From the NCBI GenBank assembly GCA_964195715.1, contig CAXMRU010000183.1:12509-76508 (forward strand): a stretch of 64,000 nt of DNA, given 5' to 3'. Source of the stretch: Akkermansiaceae bacterium (GTDB lineage: Bacteria; Gemmatimonadota; Gemmatimonadetes; Palauibacterales; Palauibacteraceae). Below are positions 29,443-40,352 of the stretch, piece by piece. The position numbers were made by a program, and so were the translations under genes. Each line of letters opens with the position of its first letter. Within the stretch, counting starts at the first letter, position 1. Under the pieces are notes generated by a model that saw only the letters and a program-made list of their open reading frames with translations, made no database searches and was not told the origin of the DNA.

Positions 29443-30555
29443 CTACAGCACCTCCGACACATCGACGCTGTCGATGCCAAAGGCCTCTCCGACCGCAGCG
29501 TACGTCAGCTTCCCGTCGACCGCGTTCAAACCGAGGGCCAGGTCTGGATCGTCCTGGCAGGAGCCAACCCAGCCCTTGCTTGCCAAGGCCAGCATGTATG
29601 GCGACGTCGCGTTGGTGAGTGCCAGCGTCGACGTGCGCGGTACGGCCCCGGGCATGTTGGCGACGCAGTAGTGGATCACTCCCTCCACCACGAAGATCGG
29701 ATCGTCGTGCGTCGTCGGACGCACGGTCTCGACGCAACCACCCTGGTCGACCGCCACGTCGACGATGACTGAACCGTCCTTCATGAGCTTGAGGTCGTCG
29801 CGAAGAACCAGGCTCGGAGCCTTGGCGCCCGGAAGGAGGACGGCGCCCACCAGAAGGTCCGCCTTCGAGAGTTGATCCAGGATATTGCGCCGGTTCGAGA
29901 ACAGAGTGTCGACGTTGGCCGGCATGACATCCGACAGGTAACGCAGTCGATCGAGATCCAGGTCGAGAATCGTGACGTGCGCCCCGAAGCCGGCCGCGAT
30001 CCATGCCGCGTTCGTCCCCACGACCCCACCGCCCAGGATCACGACTTCCGCGGGGAGCACGCCCGGCACGCCTCCGAGCAACACGCCGCAGCCACCCTGG
30101 TTCTTCTCCAGGTATTTTGCGCCTTCCTGGACGGCCATGCGCCCGGCCACCTCTGACATCGGGGTAAGAAGTGGCAGCTCGCCCGTGGGCAGCTGAACGG
30201 TTTCGTAAGCAATCGCCACGCACTTCTTTTCGAGAATGGTCCGAGTCAGCTTCTCATCGGCAGCGAAATGAAAATATGTGAACAAGACCTGGTCCTGTCG
30301 GATGCGGTCGAACTCCGAAGCGATCGGCTCCTTGACCTTCACGATCATGTCGGCCCGGGACCATAGATCGTCCACGTCAGCAACGATCTCCGCTCCCACC
30401 GCCTCGTACGCCGCGTCGTCGAAACCGCTGCCGACGCCACCATCCTTCTCTACGAGCACCTGGTGCCCCTGCGCAGTCAGCGCTTCGACTCCACCGGGAA
30501 CCACCGCGATGCGGTTCTCGTTCGACTTGATCTCCTTCGGAACCCCCACAATCAT
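29443..30555 (-). CDS. ald: Alanine dehydrogenase
   Basis: Starts MIVGVPKEIKSNENRIAVVP. Rossmann motif VVILGGGVVG and full-length Ald similarity. Confidence 0.9.
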   Translation of the reverse strand: MIVGVPKEIKSNENRIAVVPGGVEALTAQGHQVLVEKDGGVGSGFDDAAYEAVGAEIVADVDDLWSRADMIVKVKEPIASEFDRIRQDQVLFTYFHFAADEKLTRTILEKKCVAIAYETVQLPTGELPLLTPMSEVAGRMAVQEGAKYLEKNQGGCGVLLGGVPGVLPAEVVILGGGVVGTNAAWIAAGFGAHVTILDLDLDRLRYLSDVMPANVDTLFSNRRNILDQLSKADLLVGAVLLPGAKAPSLVLRDDLKLMKDGSVIVDVAVDQGGCVETVRPTTHDDPIFVVEGVIHYCVANMPGAVPRTSTLALTNATSPYMLALASKGWVGSCQDDPDLALGLNAVDGKLTYAAVGEAFGIDSVDVSEVL

Positions 30556-30667
30556 GGTGCAGCTCCTTGTTCGGTTCTCTCGAAGACGCACCGGGAAACG
30601 TCGTCCGGAACGCCGGAACGGCGCCGCTCGAGGCGCCGGAAAGAGCGGTTCGACCCTTCAGAGAGGA

Positions 30668-31984
30668 TTATGCGGGCCACAGTTCCAACACCGCTACCCC
30701 TTCCGGATCATACAGCATCGCGGCCTCCGCCACCTGCGCCGACCCGATGCCGTCAATCAGGGCCGCGAGGGCATCCAGGTTCCGGTACGGCTCTCCGTAC
30801 AAAGCGGTCGACGCAAGCCGGTGCATGCGGGCGGCGGGCGACTCGAGTGACAGGAGAATCTGGCCCTTGATTTGCTCCCGAACCTCCTCCAGTTCGCCAG
30901 CACTCAGACCCTCCTCACTGAGGCGCTTCATCTCCGCCAGCAATGCGTCCCGCGCTTCACCTGCGGTCTCCGGACGGGTGCCCAGATACGCTCCCACGTG
31001 CCCGCCGCAAGCATAGAACGACTGGAACGAAAACACGGAGTAGGCCAGCCCCATTTCTTCACGGATCCTCTGGAACAACCGGGAGCTCATTCCGCCGCCC
31101 AGGGCTTGGCCGACCACTACGGCCGCGTGGCGCAGCGGATCAGAGTGATCGAGGCCCTGGCAGCCGGCAACCAGGTGCACCTGCCTGCCACCCGGGCGGC
31201 GTACCACGCGCGAACCCGAGGCGATGCCAGCGAGCGGTGGCACATTCGCCACATCCTGCCCGTTCCTTGCGCCAGGCCACAGGCGCCGGATCTGATCCAG
31301 AAGGACCTCATGTTCCACCTGTCCGGCCACGGCGACCACCATGTTGCCAGGTCGATACGCCTCGTCGTGCAATCGGCGCAGTGTCCGGGCGTCGATCGAC
31401 TCGACCGTGTCCGTCGTTCCCAGGATGGGCGCGCCGTACGGGTGGCCATCGTACATGAACTCGGAGTGTAGCTCAAACGCGAGCTCGTCCGGAGTCTCCT
31501 CCACGCGTGCGATCTCTTCCAGCACTACTTCCCGCTCCAGCTCGAGGTCATCCTCTCGAAGCGCCGGATAGAACGCGAGGTCGGAGAGAACGTCGAGGCC
31601 AGTCGACAGGTGATCGCCAGGGACCCGAACCTGAAACGCCGTGTGCTCGTGCGTCGTATACGCGTCCAGCGATCCACCTGTACATTCCACCGCCGCCGCG
31701 ATCTCGCGCGCCGACCTGCGCTCCGTGCCCTTGAATACCATGTGCTCCAGGAGATGCGCCATCCCGCGGTACTCGGGCCGCTCGTGCGCTGTGCCACGCC
31801 GCACCCAGATCCCCGCCGCCACACTTCGGACGGAGTCCATCTTCTCGGAGAGAACCACGGTCCCACAAGAAAGAACGGAGCGCCGGACCTCGCGGTCCAG
31901 ACGCTCCGTAACCTCTTCCCCCTCGACTCCCGAAACAGCCGCGGGTCGATCCGTCAGCACGCGTCCCGCCTCCGCCTGACTCAC
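30668..31984 (-). CDS. M16-family (pitrilysin-like) zinc peptidase
   Basis: Inverted zinc motif HLLEH (GMAHLLEHMVFKGT) with downstream E residues; 438 aa. Confidence 0.8.
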   Translation of the reverse strand: MSQAEAGRVLTDRPAAVSGVEGEEVTERLDREVRRSVLSCGTVVLSEKMDSVRSVAAGIWVRRGTAHERPEYRGMAHLLEHMVFKGTERRSAREIAAAVECTGGSLDAYTTHEHTAFQVRVPGDHLSTGLDVLSDLAFYPALREDDLELEREVVLEEIARVEETPDELAFELHSEFMYDGHPYGAPILGTTDTVESIDARTLRRLHDEAYRPGNMVVAVAGQVEHEVLLDQIRRLWPGARNGQDVANVPPLAGIASGSRVVRRPGGRQVHLVAGCQGLDHSDPLRHAAVVVGQALGGGMSSRLFQRIREEMGLAYSVFSFQSFYACGGHVGAYLGTRPETAGEARDALLAEMKRLSEEGLSAGELEEVREQIKGQILLSLESPAARMHRLASTALYGEPYRNLDALAALIDGIGSAQVAEAAMLYDPEGVAVLELWPA

Positions 31985-32027
31985 GACGCTGATCGGACGT
32001 CCGGTCGGTCGGTGACGGTGACCAGGA

Positions 32028-34124
32028 TCAGCTCCCGGACATCGCCGCGCGGCGAGAGAGCTTCAGGCGGCCTCGCTCATCGATCGCGAGCAGCTTGACC
32101 TGAACCACGTCACCCGGCTGGACGACGTCTTCGGTGTTATCCGTGCGTCCTTCCTCGAGCTCGGAGATGTGGCATAGCCCTTCTGTGCCCGGGATGATCT
32201 CGACGAAGGCCCCGAAAGTCGTCGTGTTCTTCACCACGCCCTCGTAGATCCGCCCGACTTCGGGCTCCTCGACGATGGCCTCGATCATCTCCCTGGCCCT
32301 CTCTGCGGCTTCGCCGGACACCGAGGAGACGGTGACGACACCTGAATCCTCGATGTTGATCTGGGCGCCGGTCTGCTCCTGGATGCTCCGAATGGTCTTG
32401 CCTTTCGGACCGATCACCTCCCCGATCTTCTCGGGGTTGATCTGAATCGTCATGATCCGCGGAGCGTACTGGGACATCTCCGAGCGCGGAGCACCGAGCG
32501 TCTGTTGCATGACCTCGAGGATATGCAACCGCCCTTTTCGGGCCCGCTCCAGCGCCTCACGCATCGTGTCCACGCTCAACCCGTCCGTCTTGATGTCCAT
32601 CTGGATCGCCGTGATTCCCTTCGACGTCCCCGCGACCTTGAAGTCCATATCGCCGAGAGCGTCTTCGATCCCCAGGATGTCCGTCAGAATGGCGACCGAG
32701 TCGCCTTCCTTGACCAGACCCATGGCCACTCCGGCGCACGGGGTGCGCAGCGGAACACCGGCATCCATCAGCGACAACGACCCGCCACATACGGTGGCCA
32801 TCGAGCTCGAGCCGTTCGACTCCAGGATGTCGGAGACGACGCGGATCGTGTACGGGAAGTCGTCGTACGCAGGAAGCAGCGGCTGCAACGCCCGCTCGGC
32901 CAGCATTCCGTGTCCGATCTCGCGCCTGCCCGGTCCTCGGAACGGACGGACCTCGCCAACGGAGAACGACGGGAAGTTGTAGTGGAGCATGAACGACTTC
33001 GACGTCTCCTCGCGGACGTCGATGGAGTCGATGCGCTGCTCGTCCCGGATGGTGCCGAGCGTCGTCACACAGAGGGCCTGCGTCTGACCCCGGGTAAACA
33101 GGGCGGAGCCGTGGGTCCGCGGAAGGATCCCCACGTCGGACGAGATCGTCCGAATGTCATCCAGCCCGCGACCGTCGATGCGCTCGCCGCGTTCGAGGAT
33201 CTGCCGCCGCATCGTCTCCTTCTCGAGGCTCTTCATGACGGTCGAGACCTCGTCCAGGTGCTCGGCGAAGCTCTCGTCCTCCTGCAGCTCAGCGGTCACC
33301 GACTCGCGCAGGGCTGACAGAGCCTGGTTCCGCTCTTCCTTGTTCGGAAGCGCCAGCGCCTCCTCGACCTTGCTCGCGGCCCGCTGCCGTACGGCGTCCT
33401 CCAGCTCTGCAGCGACACTCTTGGGCGGGTACTCGAACTTCTGCGGCGGCCCACCGATCATCTCCACGAGCTCGTGCTGAATCGCGATCAGCTCCCGCAA
33501 GGACTCGTGCGCCACCTCGAGAGCGGCGATCAGATCATCCTCGCTGATCTCCACCGAGGCTCCCTCGACCATGACGATCGAGCTGTCCGTGCCGGTGACC
33601 ACGATGTCCATGTCGGAATACTCGAGTTGCTCGAACGTGGGATTGATCACCCACTCACCGGAAACACGACCCACTCGGACGCTCGCTACCGGTCCACCCC
33701 ACGGAATCGGGGAGATCGTGAGGGCCGCCGAGGCACCGAGCATGCCCAGTACGTCGGCATCGTTCTCCTGGTCGGCAGAAATGATGAAGCAGGCGACCTG
33801 CGTCTCGTTCTGATAATCGTCGGGGAACAGGGGCCGCAGTGGACGATCGATCTGCCGGGCCGAGACGATCTCCTTGTCGCTCGGCCGCCCCTCGCGCTTG
33901 ATGAATCCGCCCGGGAACTTCCCGGCCGCGTAGGTCTTCGAGCGGTATTCGACGGTCAGGGGGAAAAATGGCAGGCGGGACTGCTTCCGCTCCGCCATCG
34001 CCGTGACCAATACGACAGTGTCTCCGTACTGTACGAGCACCGCACCGTCTGCCTGCCGCGCCATGCGACCCGTCTCCAGAACCAGCTTCCTGCCCGCGAA
34101 TTCCTTCTCAATCCTGTGTGCCAT
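32028..34124 (-). CDS. pnp: Polyribonucleotide nucleotidyltransferase (PNPase)
   Basis: 698 aa with two RNase PH domains, a KH domain (GPKGKTIRSIQE) and an S1 domain at the C-terminus. Confidence 0.95.
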   Translation of the reverse strand: MAHRIEKEFAGRKLVLETGRMARQADGAVLVQYGDTVVLVTAMAERKQSRLPFFPLTVEYRSKTYAAGKFPGGFIKREGRPSDKEIVSARQIDRPLRPLFPDDYQNETQVACFIISADQENDADVLGMLGASAALTISPIPWGGPVASVRVGRVSGEWVINPTFEQLEYSDMDIVVTGTDSSIVMVEGASVEISEDDLIAALEVAHESLRELIAIQHELVEMIGGPPQKFEYPPKSVAAELEDAVRQRAASKVEEALALPNKEERNQALSALRESVTAELQEDESFAEHLDEVSTVMKSLEKETMRRQILERGERIDGRGLDDIRTISSDVGILPRTHGSALFTRGQTQALCVTTLGTIRDEQRIDSIDVREETSKSFMLHYNFPSFSVGEVRPFRGPGRREIGHGMLAERALQPLLPAYDDFPYTIRVVSDILESNGSSSMATVCGGSLSLMDAGVPLRTPCAGVAMGLVKEGDSVAILTDILGIEDALGDMDFKVAGTSKGITAIQMDIKTDGLSVDTMREALERARKGRLHILEVMQQTLGAPRSEMSQYAPRIMTIQINPEKIGEVIGPKGKTIRSIQEQTGAQINIEDSGVVTVSSVSGEAAERAREMIEAIVEEPEVGRIYEGVVKNTTTFGAFVEIIPGTEGLCHISELEEGRTDNTEDVVQPGDVVQVKLLAIDERGRLKLSRRAAMSGS

Positions 34125-34289
34125 CTCTTCCTTCTTCTCTTTCCGCTCTTCTCAAGCTTGCCTTCATTTCGGCATCCCGGCCGCGAATCTCCCGCGTTCT
34201 AGTAGCGGGCGCGGGCGGGACAGCAAAAACGGCAGCTCGCGGGCGCGCTGCGCCGACGAACCGCCGCTTACCGCAGACCTGCATTGCCT

Positions 34290-34559
34290 CTAGCGACGCA
34301 GGCCGAGTTCCTTGATGACCGTCCTGTACTTCTCGTACTCGTTCTTCTTCAGGTAGTTGAGCAGCCGCCGCCGTCGGCCCACCATCCTCAACAAGCCTTG
34401 TCGGCTGTGGTGGTCCTTTCGGTGCTCGCGAAAATGCTCCGTCAGGTGCTCAATCCTCGCCGTCAGCTGTGCGACCTGCACGGCGGGCGAACCCACGTCA
34501 CCCTCGTGTGAGCCGAACTTCTCAGCAATGGCTTTCTTTTCTTCTGTGCCCAGCGTCAT
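34290..34559 (-). CDS. rpsO: 30S ribosomal protein S15
   Basis: 89 aa starting [16 protein letters not shown], with conserved [33 protein letters not shown]. Confidence 0.9.
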   Translation of the reverse strand: MTLGTEEKKAIAEKFGSHEGDVGSPAVQVAQLTARIEHLTEHFREHRKDHHSRQGLLRMVGRRRRLLNYLKKNEYEKYRTVIKELGLRR

Positions 34560-34659
34560 TGGTGACAGATCCTTCAAGTTCGTGTTTTCAACCAATATCC
34601 AACATGGAAAAATAGCCTGCACTCACCAGAATGTAAAGCTAACCCAGGCACAGCACAGC

Positions 34660-35622
34660 TCAGTCCTCTTCCGACGCCAACTCCGCTGAGCGAGCAAAAT
34701 ACCGGCGCGCCATCTCCCGATCTCTCTTCATCTGCTCGATGAGCTTACCGGCAGTCCCGAAGGGGCGCACGTCCCGGAGTCGCTTGAGGAAGTCGACGCG
34801 CACCCGCTCGCCGTAGATGTCCTGGTCGAAGTCCAGGATGTACAGCTCGATCGACGGTGGCGAACCGGCAAACGTCGGCCTCGGGCCGAGGTGTAGAAGA
34901 CCCGAGCGAATCTCCGTTCGCAGCGAAGCACGAACAGCGTAGATGCCTTGCTTGGGAAGCAACTTTCCCCCTTCCGGCGCCTTGATGTTCGCAGTCGGAA
35001 ATCCGAGATCCCTCCCGCGACCCAGGCCGGTCACGACAGGCCCCCGAAACGAGTACGGCCGGCCCAGCTCCCTCGCGGCCTTTTCCACTTCACCAGCAGC
35101 CACGCTTCGCCTGATCCCCGTAGACGACACGGGCGCCCCGTCTACTCCCACCGCCGCGACGACATCGACCGCGAATCCGAATGTCCGCCCCAGACGCCGG
35201 AGAAGGTCGATGTCTCCTTCCCTCCCGTGCCCGAACCCGTGATCATAGCCTATGACGAGCTCGGCCACGCGGAACCGCCTGCAGAGAACGTGGTCCACGA
35301 ATTCCTCGGGACCGTACTGTGAGAGCGTCCGAGTGAACGGCAGAAAGGCGACATAGTCCAGCCCCGACTGCGATAGGATTTCCTTCTTCTCGTCTGGCGT
35401 CGTGAGCATTCCCGGCGCCTCGTCGGGCCGCACGACGGTCAGCGGGTGCCGATCGAATGTGACGAGTACGGAGTCCAGACCGCGCTTGTCCGCACGCCTG
35501 GTGATCTCCCGAAGCACAGCCATGTGGCCGCGATGGACTCCGTCAAAGCTTCCGACGGTGACCACGGTGCCGTCGACATCCGGAGGGAGCCCACTCTCCA
35601 TGGGTCCCGCTGACTCAGTCAT
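34660..35622 (-). CDS. ribF: Bifunctional riboflavin kinase / FMN adenylyltransferase
   Basis: N-terminal FAD-synthetase motif VTVGSFDGVHRGH and C-terminal riboflavin kinase domain. Start uncertain (35601 or 35622). Confidence 0.85.
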   Translation of the reverse strand: MTESAGPMESGLPPDVDGTVVTVGSFDGVHRGHMAVLREITRRADKRGLDSVLVTFDRHPLTVVRPDEAPGMLTTPDEKKEILSQSGLDYVAFLPFTRTLSQYGPEEFVDHVLCRRFRVAELVIGYDHGFGHGREGDIDLLRRLGRTFGFAVDVVAAVGVDGAPVSSTGIRRSVAAGEVEKAARELGRPYSFRGPVVTGLGRGRDLGFPTANIKAPEGGKLLPKQGIYAVRASLRTEIRSGLLHLGPRPTFAGSPPSIELYILDFDQDIYGERVRVDFLKRLRDVRPFGTAGKLIEQMKRDREMARRYFARSAELASEED

Positions 35623-36505
35623 GGAACACCTTCTCGGGCCTGAGCTCGTCAGCGGTCCGGCGCCCCACAGCAACCAGACGATCCCCGGATACCATGGCCA
35701 CTGGAGACTCCAGGTCGGAGGATCCTCGAGCGTCCGCTATCGCTCGTCCATGCTCCACGGCTTCCACCTCGGAGGGATCCAGGTTCCGGACGGGAAGCCA
35801 GGACAGGGCTCGTACGGCCGACAAGCCGGCTCCAGGAGGCAGTGCCCCACCTTCAACCTCAGCAAGCTGCGCGGCATCGCGCACGGAGAACGGGCCAATG
35901 GATGTCCTCCGAAGCGACCGCAGGTGAGCGTGACAACCAAGCTGGTGCCCGAGATCCCTGGCGAGGGCCCGCACGTACGTTCCCGTGGACACTTCCACCT
36001 CGAACTCAATCTCGGGCAGCTCGATCCCCGTAGCGGTGATGCGGTGGATCCAAACGGTCCGCGGTGCGAGGCTCACGGATTCACCTGCCCTGGCGGAATC
36101 GTACGCCCGACGTCCGCCGACCTTCTTCGCAGAGTACGCCGGCGGCACTTGCGCTTGCTCACCGCTGAGCCGATCGAGCGCCCGCTCTACGTCCTCTCTC
36201 GCGAGCGTCTTCCACCCGTCCGACATCGTCGTCGCCTTCCCTGTCAGATCATCGGTATCCGTGCCGACACCGAGCTCGGCGACAGCGGAATAAGTCTTGG
36301 ACAAGGAGTGAAAGTACTCGACCAGCCGCGTGGCTCGTCCGACGCACAGGATGAGAAGGCCGGTGGCGAACGGATCCAGCGTGCCGGTATGGCCGATCCG
36401 CCGGACTCCCAGAGCCCTGCGAACCGCCTGCACTACATCGTGCGACGTAGGTCCCGCAGGCTTGTCCACGAGGAGGACCGACGGAAGGTCAATTCTCTTC
36501 GTCAT
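35615..36505 (-). CDS. truB: tRNA pseudouridine(55) synthase
   Basis: Starts MTKRIDLPSVLLVDKPAGPTSHDVV with catalytic motif HTGTLDP. Overlaps rbfA by about 17 nt. The track ORF is over-extended to 36715. Confidence 0.85.
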   Translation of the reverse strand: MTKRIDLPSVLLVDKPAGPTSHDVVQAVRRALGVRRIGHTGTLDPFATGLLILCVGRATRLVEYFHSLSKTYSAVAELGVGTDTDDLTGKATTMSDGWKTLAREDVERALDRLSGEQAQVPPAYSAKKVGGRRAYDSARAGESVSLAPRTVWIHRITATGIELPEIEFEVEVSTGTYVRALARDLGHQLGCHAHLRSLRRTSIGPFSVRDAAQLAEVEGGALPPGAGLSAVRALSWLPVRNLDPSEVEAVEHGRAIADARGSSDLESPVAMVSGDRLVAVGRRTADELRPEKVFHD

Positions 36506-36860
36506 CGTGCTCGCGCTGACCCAGGGCCTCCTCGAGCAGATCCTCGATTCGCTGCACGTGCTCGAGCGAGCGGTCAGCGTGAAACCGAAAGTCCGGTATG
36601 CGTCGAATGTGAAGGTCGCGGCCGAGGCGCCTGCGGATGAACCCCTCCGCGCTCTCGAGACCCGCGATCGCATCCTCCAGCGGCACATCGTTCGTGAGCG
36701 TCCGTACATACACATCCGCGTACGACAGATCCTGCGTCACGTCCACGCGCGTTACGGTCACCGCCGCAACCCTCGGATCTTTGATCTCCGTATGCAGCAG
36801 GCGCGCCAACTCCTCTCGGAGAAGCTGGTTCAGACGGACGGTTCTTCGGTTAGGCGACAT
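36489..36860 (-). CDS. rbfA: Ribosome-binding factor A
   Basis: Starts MSPNRRTVRLNQLLREELARLL, with KH-like RbfA family similarity. Confidence 0.85.
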   Translation of the reverse strand: MSPNRRTVRLNQLLREELARLLHTEIKDPRVAAVTVTRVDVTQDLSYADVYVRTLTNDVPLEDAIAGLESAEGFIRRRLGRDLHIRRIPDFRFHADRSLEHVQRIEDLLEEALGQREHDDEEN

Positions 36861-36908
36861 AACAGCTCGCTGATTGGGATCTCTGCCCTTCACCGACTGG
36901 CGCGAGGA

Positions 36909-37196
36909 TTAGAAGATCTCCGACTCGGTCTCGAGGATATACACCCTGGGGTCAGAAGCGATCAGTGCGTCGGCCCGGTCGAGGATGGTCCGAGCGAGGG
37001 TTGCGTCCGATGACACGAACGCAATGCTGACCTCGGCCCTCTGCGGATCCTCCTGGAAACTGGTCTCCGCGGCAGAGACCTTCAACCGCGCTCGGGCACG
37101 GTCCCGCATGCCGTGCACGATTCGGCGCTTGTCCTTGAGCGACCGACAGTCAGGAATCCGGAGAACCCACCGGGCCCGGCCGTACACGGCAGTCAA
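36909..37196 (-). CDS. DUF503 (YlxP-like) protein
   Basis: VLRIPDCRSLKDKRRIV...DPRVYILETESEIF matches the DUF503 family normally encoded between infB and rbfA. Non-ATG start (TTG ~37196 or GTG ~37187). Confidence 0.6.
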   Translation of the reverse strand: MTAVYGRARWVLRIPDCRSLKDKRRIVHGMRDRARARLKVSAAETSFQEDPQRAEVSIAFVSSDATLARTILDRADALIASDPRVYILETESEIF

Positions 37197-37213
37197 CGCG
37201 TAACCCTGCGGCC

Positions 37214-39919
37214 TCAGGAAGCCTGGCCGCTCTCGGCCAGCGTACGCGCGATTTGCTCCACCCGGAAGCACTCGATGACGTCACCCACCTTGATGTCGTT
37301 GAAGCCCTCGATCGCAATTCCGCACTCGTAGCCGTCACGCACTTCCCGGACGTCGTCCTTGAAGCGCCGCAGGCTACCGATGCTTCCTTCGTACACCTGC
37401 ACGTAGTCCCTGAGCAGCCGGACCTGGACGTTTCGTTGAATCGTGCCTGAGGTGACGTAGCAACCCGCCACGGTTCCCGCCTTCGGGACCTTGAACGTCT
37501 CCCTCACCTCAGCGCTGCCCACCAGGACCTCCCGCTCCTCCGGCCGCAGCAACCCTTCGAGAGCCAGCTTGACGTCTTCAACCGCCTCGTAGATCACCCT
37601 GTACAGCCTGATCTCCACGCCCTCACGCTCCGCGACGTCCCGCGCCTTCGCATCGGGGCGGACGTGGAAGCCGATGACCGTTGCCTGGGTCGTGGAGGCG
37701 AGCAGGATGTCCGACTCGTTGATCGCGCCGACCCCCCGGTGCAGGACATCTACGGCCACTTCGGAGGTATCGAGGCGCTCCAGCGAGTCCGCCAATGCCT
37801 GCAGCGATCCGTCCGTATCACCCTTGATGACTATGTTGAGGGTGCCCTGACCCTGCTCCTGAACGGCGGCGAAGACATCCTCCAGGCGAGTCCCCTTCTG
37901 CCTCCGCCGAATGTCCTTCTCGCGCTCGAGCTGCTGCCGGCGTCCGACGATCTCGCGAACCCGGGACGCTTCCATTTCGACGAGGCGGTCTCCCGCCTGG
38001 GGAACTCCCTCGAGACCCAGGATTCGAACCGGTATCGATGGCCCGGCCTTGTCGACCGTGTTGCCGCGCTCGTCGAGTAACGCGCGAACACGACCGCCCT
38101 GCAGACCGCAGATGAAGTTGTCTCCAACGTTGAGCTCGCCGCTCTGCACCAGGACCGTGGCCACCGGCCCCATCCCCTTGTCCAACTCCGCCTCGATGAC
38201 CGTCCCGCGCGCCATGCCGGTCGGCACTGCATTCAGATCGAGCATTTCGGCCAGGAGAAGGACCTTCTCGAGCAGGTCATCGACTCCGTGTCCGGTCTTG
38301 GCCGAAACCTCCGCGGAAAGGATGTCTCCCCCGAACTCCTCGAGGATGACTTCCTGTGACAGCAGGTCCTGCTTGACCTTGGCCACGTTGGCCGTCGGCA
38401 GGTCCACCTTGTTGATCGCGACGATGATCGGCACGCCCGCGTTCCGCGCATGGCTGATCGCCTCGACCGTCTGGGGCATCACGGCATCGTCCGCGGCCAC
38501 CACGAGGATCACGAGATCGGTGACCTCGGCCCCGCGAGCCCGCATGGCGGTGAAGGCCTCGTGGCCCGGCGTATCCAGGAAAGTCATCGCGTAATCGTCC
38601 TGGACCACGAGGTGATACGCGCCGATGTGCTGCGTGATGCCGCCAGCCTCCCCCGCAATGACGTTAGTCTCCCGGATGTGGTCCAGCAGGGACGTCTTGC
38701 CGTGGTCGACATGGCCCATGACCGTCACTACCGGCGCACGCGGCGCCAGCTCACCCTCATCCTCGGCTTCCTGCTGGAGCTCCACGAGATCCGACTCGTA
38801 AGCCTCTTCCCGTGCGGCTTCGAAACCGAACTCCTCGCAGATGAGCTCGATCTGATCGAAATCCAGCCGCTGGTTGATGGTAACCATCAGACCGAGGTTC
38901 TTGAATGCCGAGGTAATGATCTCCTGCGGCGTCACTTCAATGAGGTCGGCCAGCTCGGCGATCGTGAGGAACTCGTTGACCCGCACAAGGGTCTTCTCGG
39001 CTTCCGCCTCCGCTTCGCGAGCCTCCTGCTCCACTTCCTGCTGCGTCGGCGCGGTGTCACGTCGCCTGCTCCGCTGAGTACCACCGCCCATCGCGGCGAG
39101 CGTTTTCTTGACGCTTTCCTGCACGGCGTCCTGGTCCACCCGACGGCGCCGCTTCCGATCCCGTTTGCCACGCTTCCGACCGTCGGCCGTGTAGCCCTCG
39201 GCCTTGATCTGTACGCTGCCACCCGGGCCCGCCGATGCGGCAGGAGCAGCGGGGGCGGCTGAAGGTTCTGGTTTCGCGGACGACTTCTGTGTGGTTACGA
39301 GGCCTTTGCGGACCGGTTTGGGCTTGACGGTACGCTTGCGGGCGGCCGACGCGGGCTCCTCGTCCTGCGGGACGTCAACCGCCGCCGCGCCCTCCACCGC
39401 ATCCACTTCCTCGACAGCGCTCTCATCGGCCTCAGCGACCAATTCGGTTTCAACCTCACCCACCACCTCGACGGCCTGCGGCTCCCCGACTCCATCGAGA
39501 TCTTCCATCACCATGCCCGCCGGCTCGCCGTCCTCCTCCGAGAGGGATTCAGCCACGGACTCCGTCACTTCCGAGTCCGACTCAGCCAACGCCGTGACGA
39601 AGTCTGCGACCTCTACCTCGAGGGACTCCTCGTCAGATTCGACCTGGTCCGTCACTTCCGGCGCTTCGACCTCGGCCGCCACCGGCTCGGTCTGCCGCCG
39701 ACGGCGACGCCGCCGCGTCCCCATCTCGCTGTCGGGCGCCGCATGCGCACCCGTCCGCCGCTCTCGCTCGAGCCGGGCGTGAAGCCTCGCGATCTGATCC
39801 TCTGTCACGGTGGACATGTGACTGCGCACGCGCACGTCCATCTCGTGCAGCATGTGAATCAGCTGCTTGCTGTCTACTCCCAGGTCTCCGGCTACTTCAT
39901 AGACGCGGAATGTCGGCAA
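37214..39919 (-). CDS. infB: Translation initiation factor IF-2
   Basis: 901 aa. Low-complexity acidic/Ala-rich N-terminal region, then a GTPase domain ([21 protein letters not shown]) and C-terminal beta-barrel domains. Confidence 0.95.
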   Translation of the reverse strand: MPTFRVYEVAGDLGVDSKQLIHMLHEMDVRVRSHMSTVTEDQIARLHARLERERRTGAHAAPDSEMGTRRRRRRRQTEPVAAEVEAPEVTDQVESDEESLEVEVADFVTALAESDSEVTESVAESLSEEDGEPAGMVMEDLDGVGEPQAVEVVGEVETELVAEADESAVEEVDAVEGAAAVDVPQDEEPASAARKRTVKPKPVRKGLVTTQKSSAKPEPSAAPAAPAASAGPGGSVQIKAEGYTADGRKRGKRDRKRRRRVDQDAVQESVKKTLAAMGGGTQRSRRRDTAPTQQEVEQEAREAEAEAEKTLVRVNEFLTIAELADLIEVTPQEIITSAFKNLGLMVTINQRLDFDQIELICEEFGFEAAREEAYESDLVELQQEAEDEGELAPRAPVVTVMGHVDHGKTSLLDHIRETNVIAGEAGGITQHIGAYHLVVQDDYAMTFLDTPGHEAFTAMRARGAEVTDLVILVVAADDAVMPQTVEAISHARNAGVPIIVAINKVDLPTANVAKVKQDLLSQEVILEEFGGDILSAEVSAKTGHGVDDLLEKVLLLAEMLDLNAVPTGMARGTVIEAELDKGMGPVATVLVQSGELNVGDNFICGLQGGRVRALLDERGNTVDKAGPSIPVRILGLEGVPQAGDRLVEMEASRVREIVGRRQQLEREKDIRRRQKGTRLEDVFAAVQEQGQGTLNIVIKGDTDGSLQALADSLERLDTSEVAVDVLHRGVGAINESDILLASTTQATVIGFHVRPDAKARDVAEREGVEIRLYRVIYEAVEDVKLALEGLLRPEEREVLVGSAEVRETFKVPKAGTVAGCYVTSGTIQRNVQVRLLRDYVQVYEGSIGSLRRFKDDVREVRDGYECGIAIEGFNDIKVGDVIECFRVEQIARTLAESGQAS

Positions 39920-39976
39920 CGCCCGTCCTCCTTCGTGTACCTTCCGTCACTCTCTATCCGTCTTCCCGTCGCCGGA

Positions 39977-40330
39977 CTACGCCGGCTCCGAGGATGCGTT
40001 CACCGTCCCACTGCCCTGCTGCACCACCGCGATCTTGAGCCCGAGGCCCCGGTCACGGATTCCGACAACAACCGTCTCACTCCTTCCTACTGCCCGTCCG
40101 AGAACGGCCCTCGTACCGCACGTAACCGTGCTCACGTTCGGGTCGCTCAGGAGTCCGGAGAGCCGCTTCCTGGCATTCTCCGTCGCATCGCCCGCCACCA
40201 CGACGGCGCTCAACTCCCCCCGACGACCCGCCACTCGCACTGCGTCGGTGCCGACCACGGCGTGACCTGCCCGCCGCGCCAATCCGATGAGCTGCAACAC
40301 TCTCCGGTCCGCACTCCCGCCGGCTCCCAT
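39977..40330 (-). CDS. L7Ae-family RNA-binding protein (YlxQ-like)
   Basis: About 117 aa with LIGLARRAGHAVVGTDAVRVAGRRGELSAVVVAGDATE, resembling YlxQ. Sits in the canonical nusA-ylxQ-infB position. Start uncertain. Confidence 0.55.
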   Translation of the reverse strand: MGAGGSADRRVLQLIGLARRAGHAVVGTDAVRVAGRRGELSAVVVAGDATENARKRLSGLLSDPNVSTVTCGTRAVLGRAVGRSETVVVGIRDRGLGLKIAVVQQGSGTVNASSEPA

Positions 40331-40352
40331 CTGTCCCGGTTCGGGCACCGTC

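Noticed and set aside
34125-34289. Possible Rho-independent terminator after rpsO
   Set aside because: The GC hairpin is present, but the T-run lies 5' of the stem on the transcribed strand. More consistent with a pnp leader/processing structure than a canonical terminator.
35402-36640. 412-aa + ORF
   Set aside because: Antisense to ribF/truB, which carry clear catalytic motifs.
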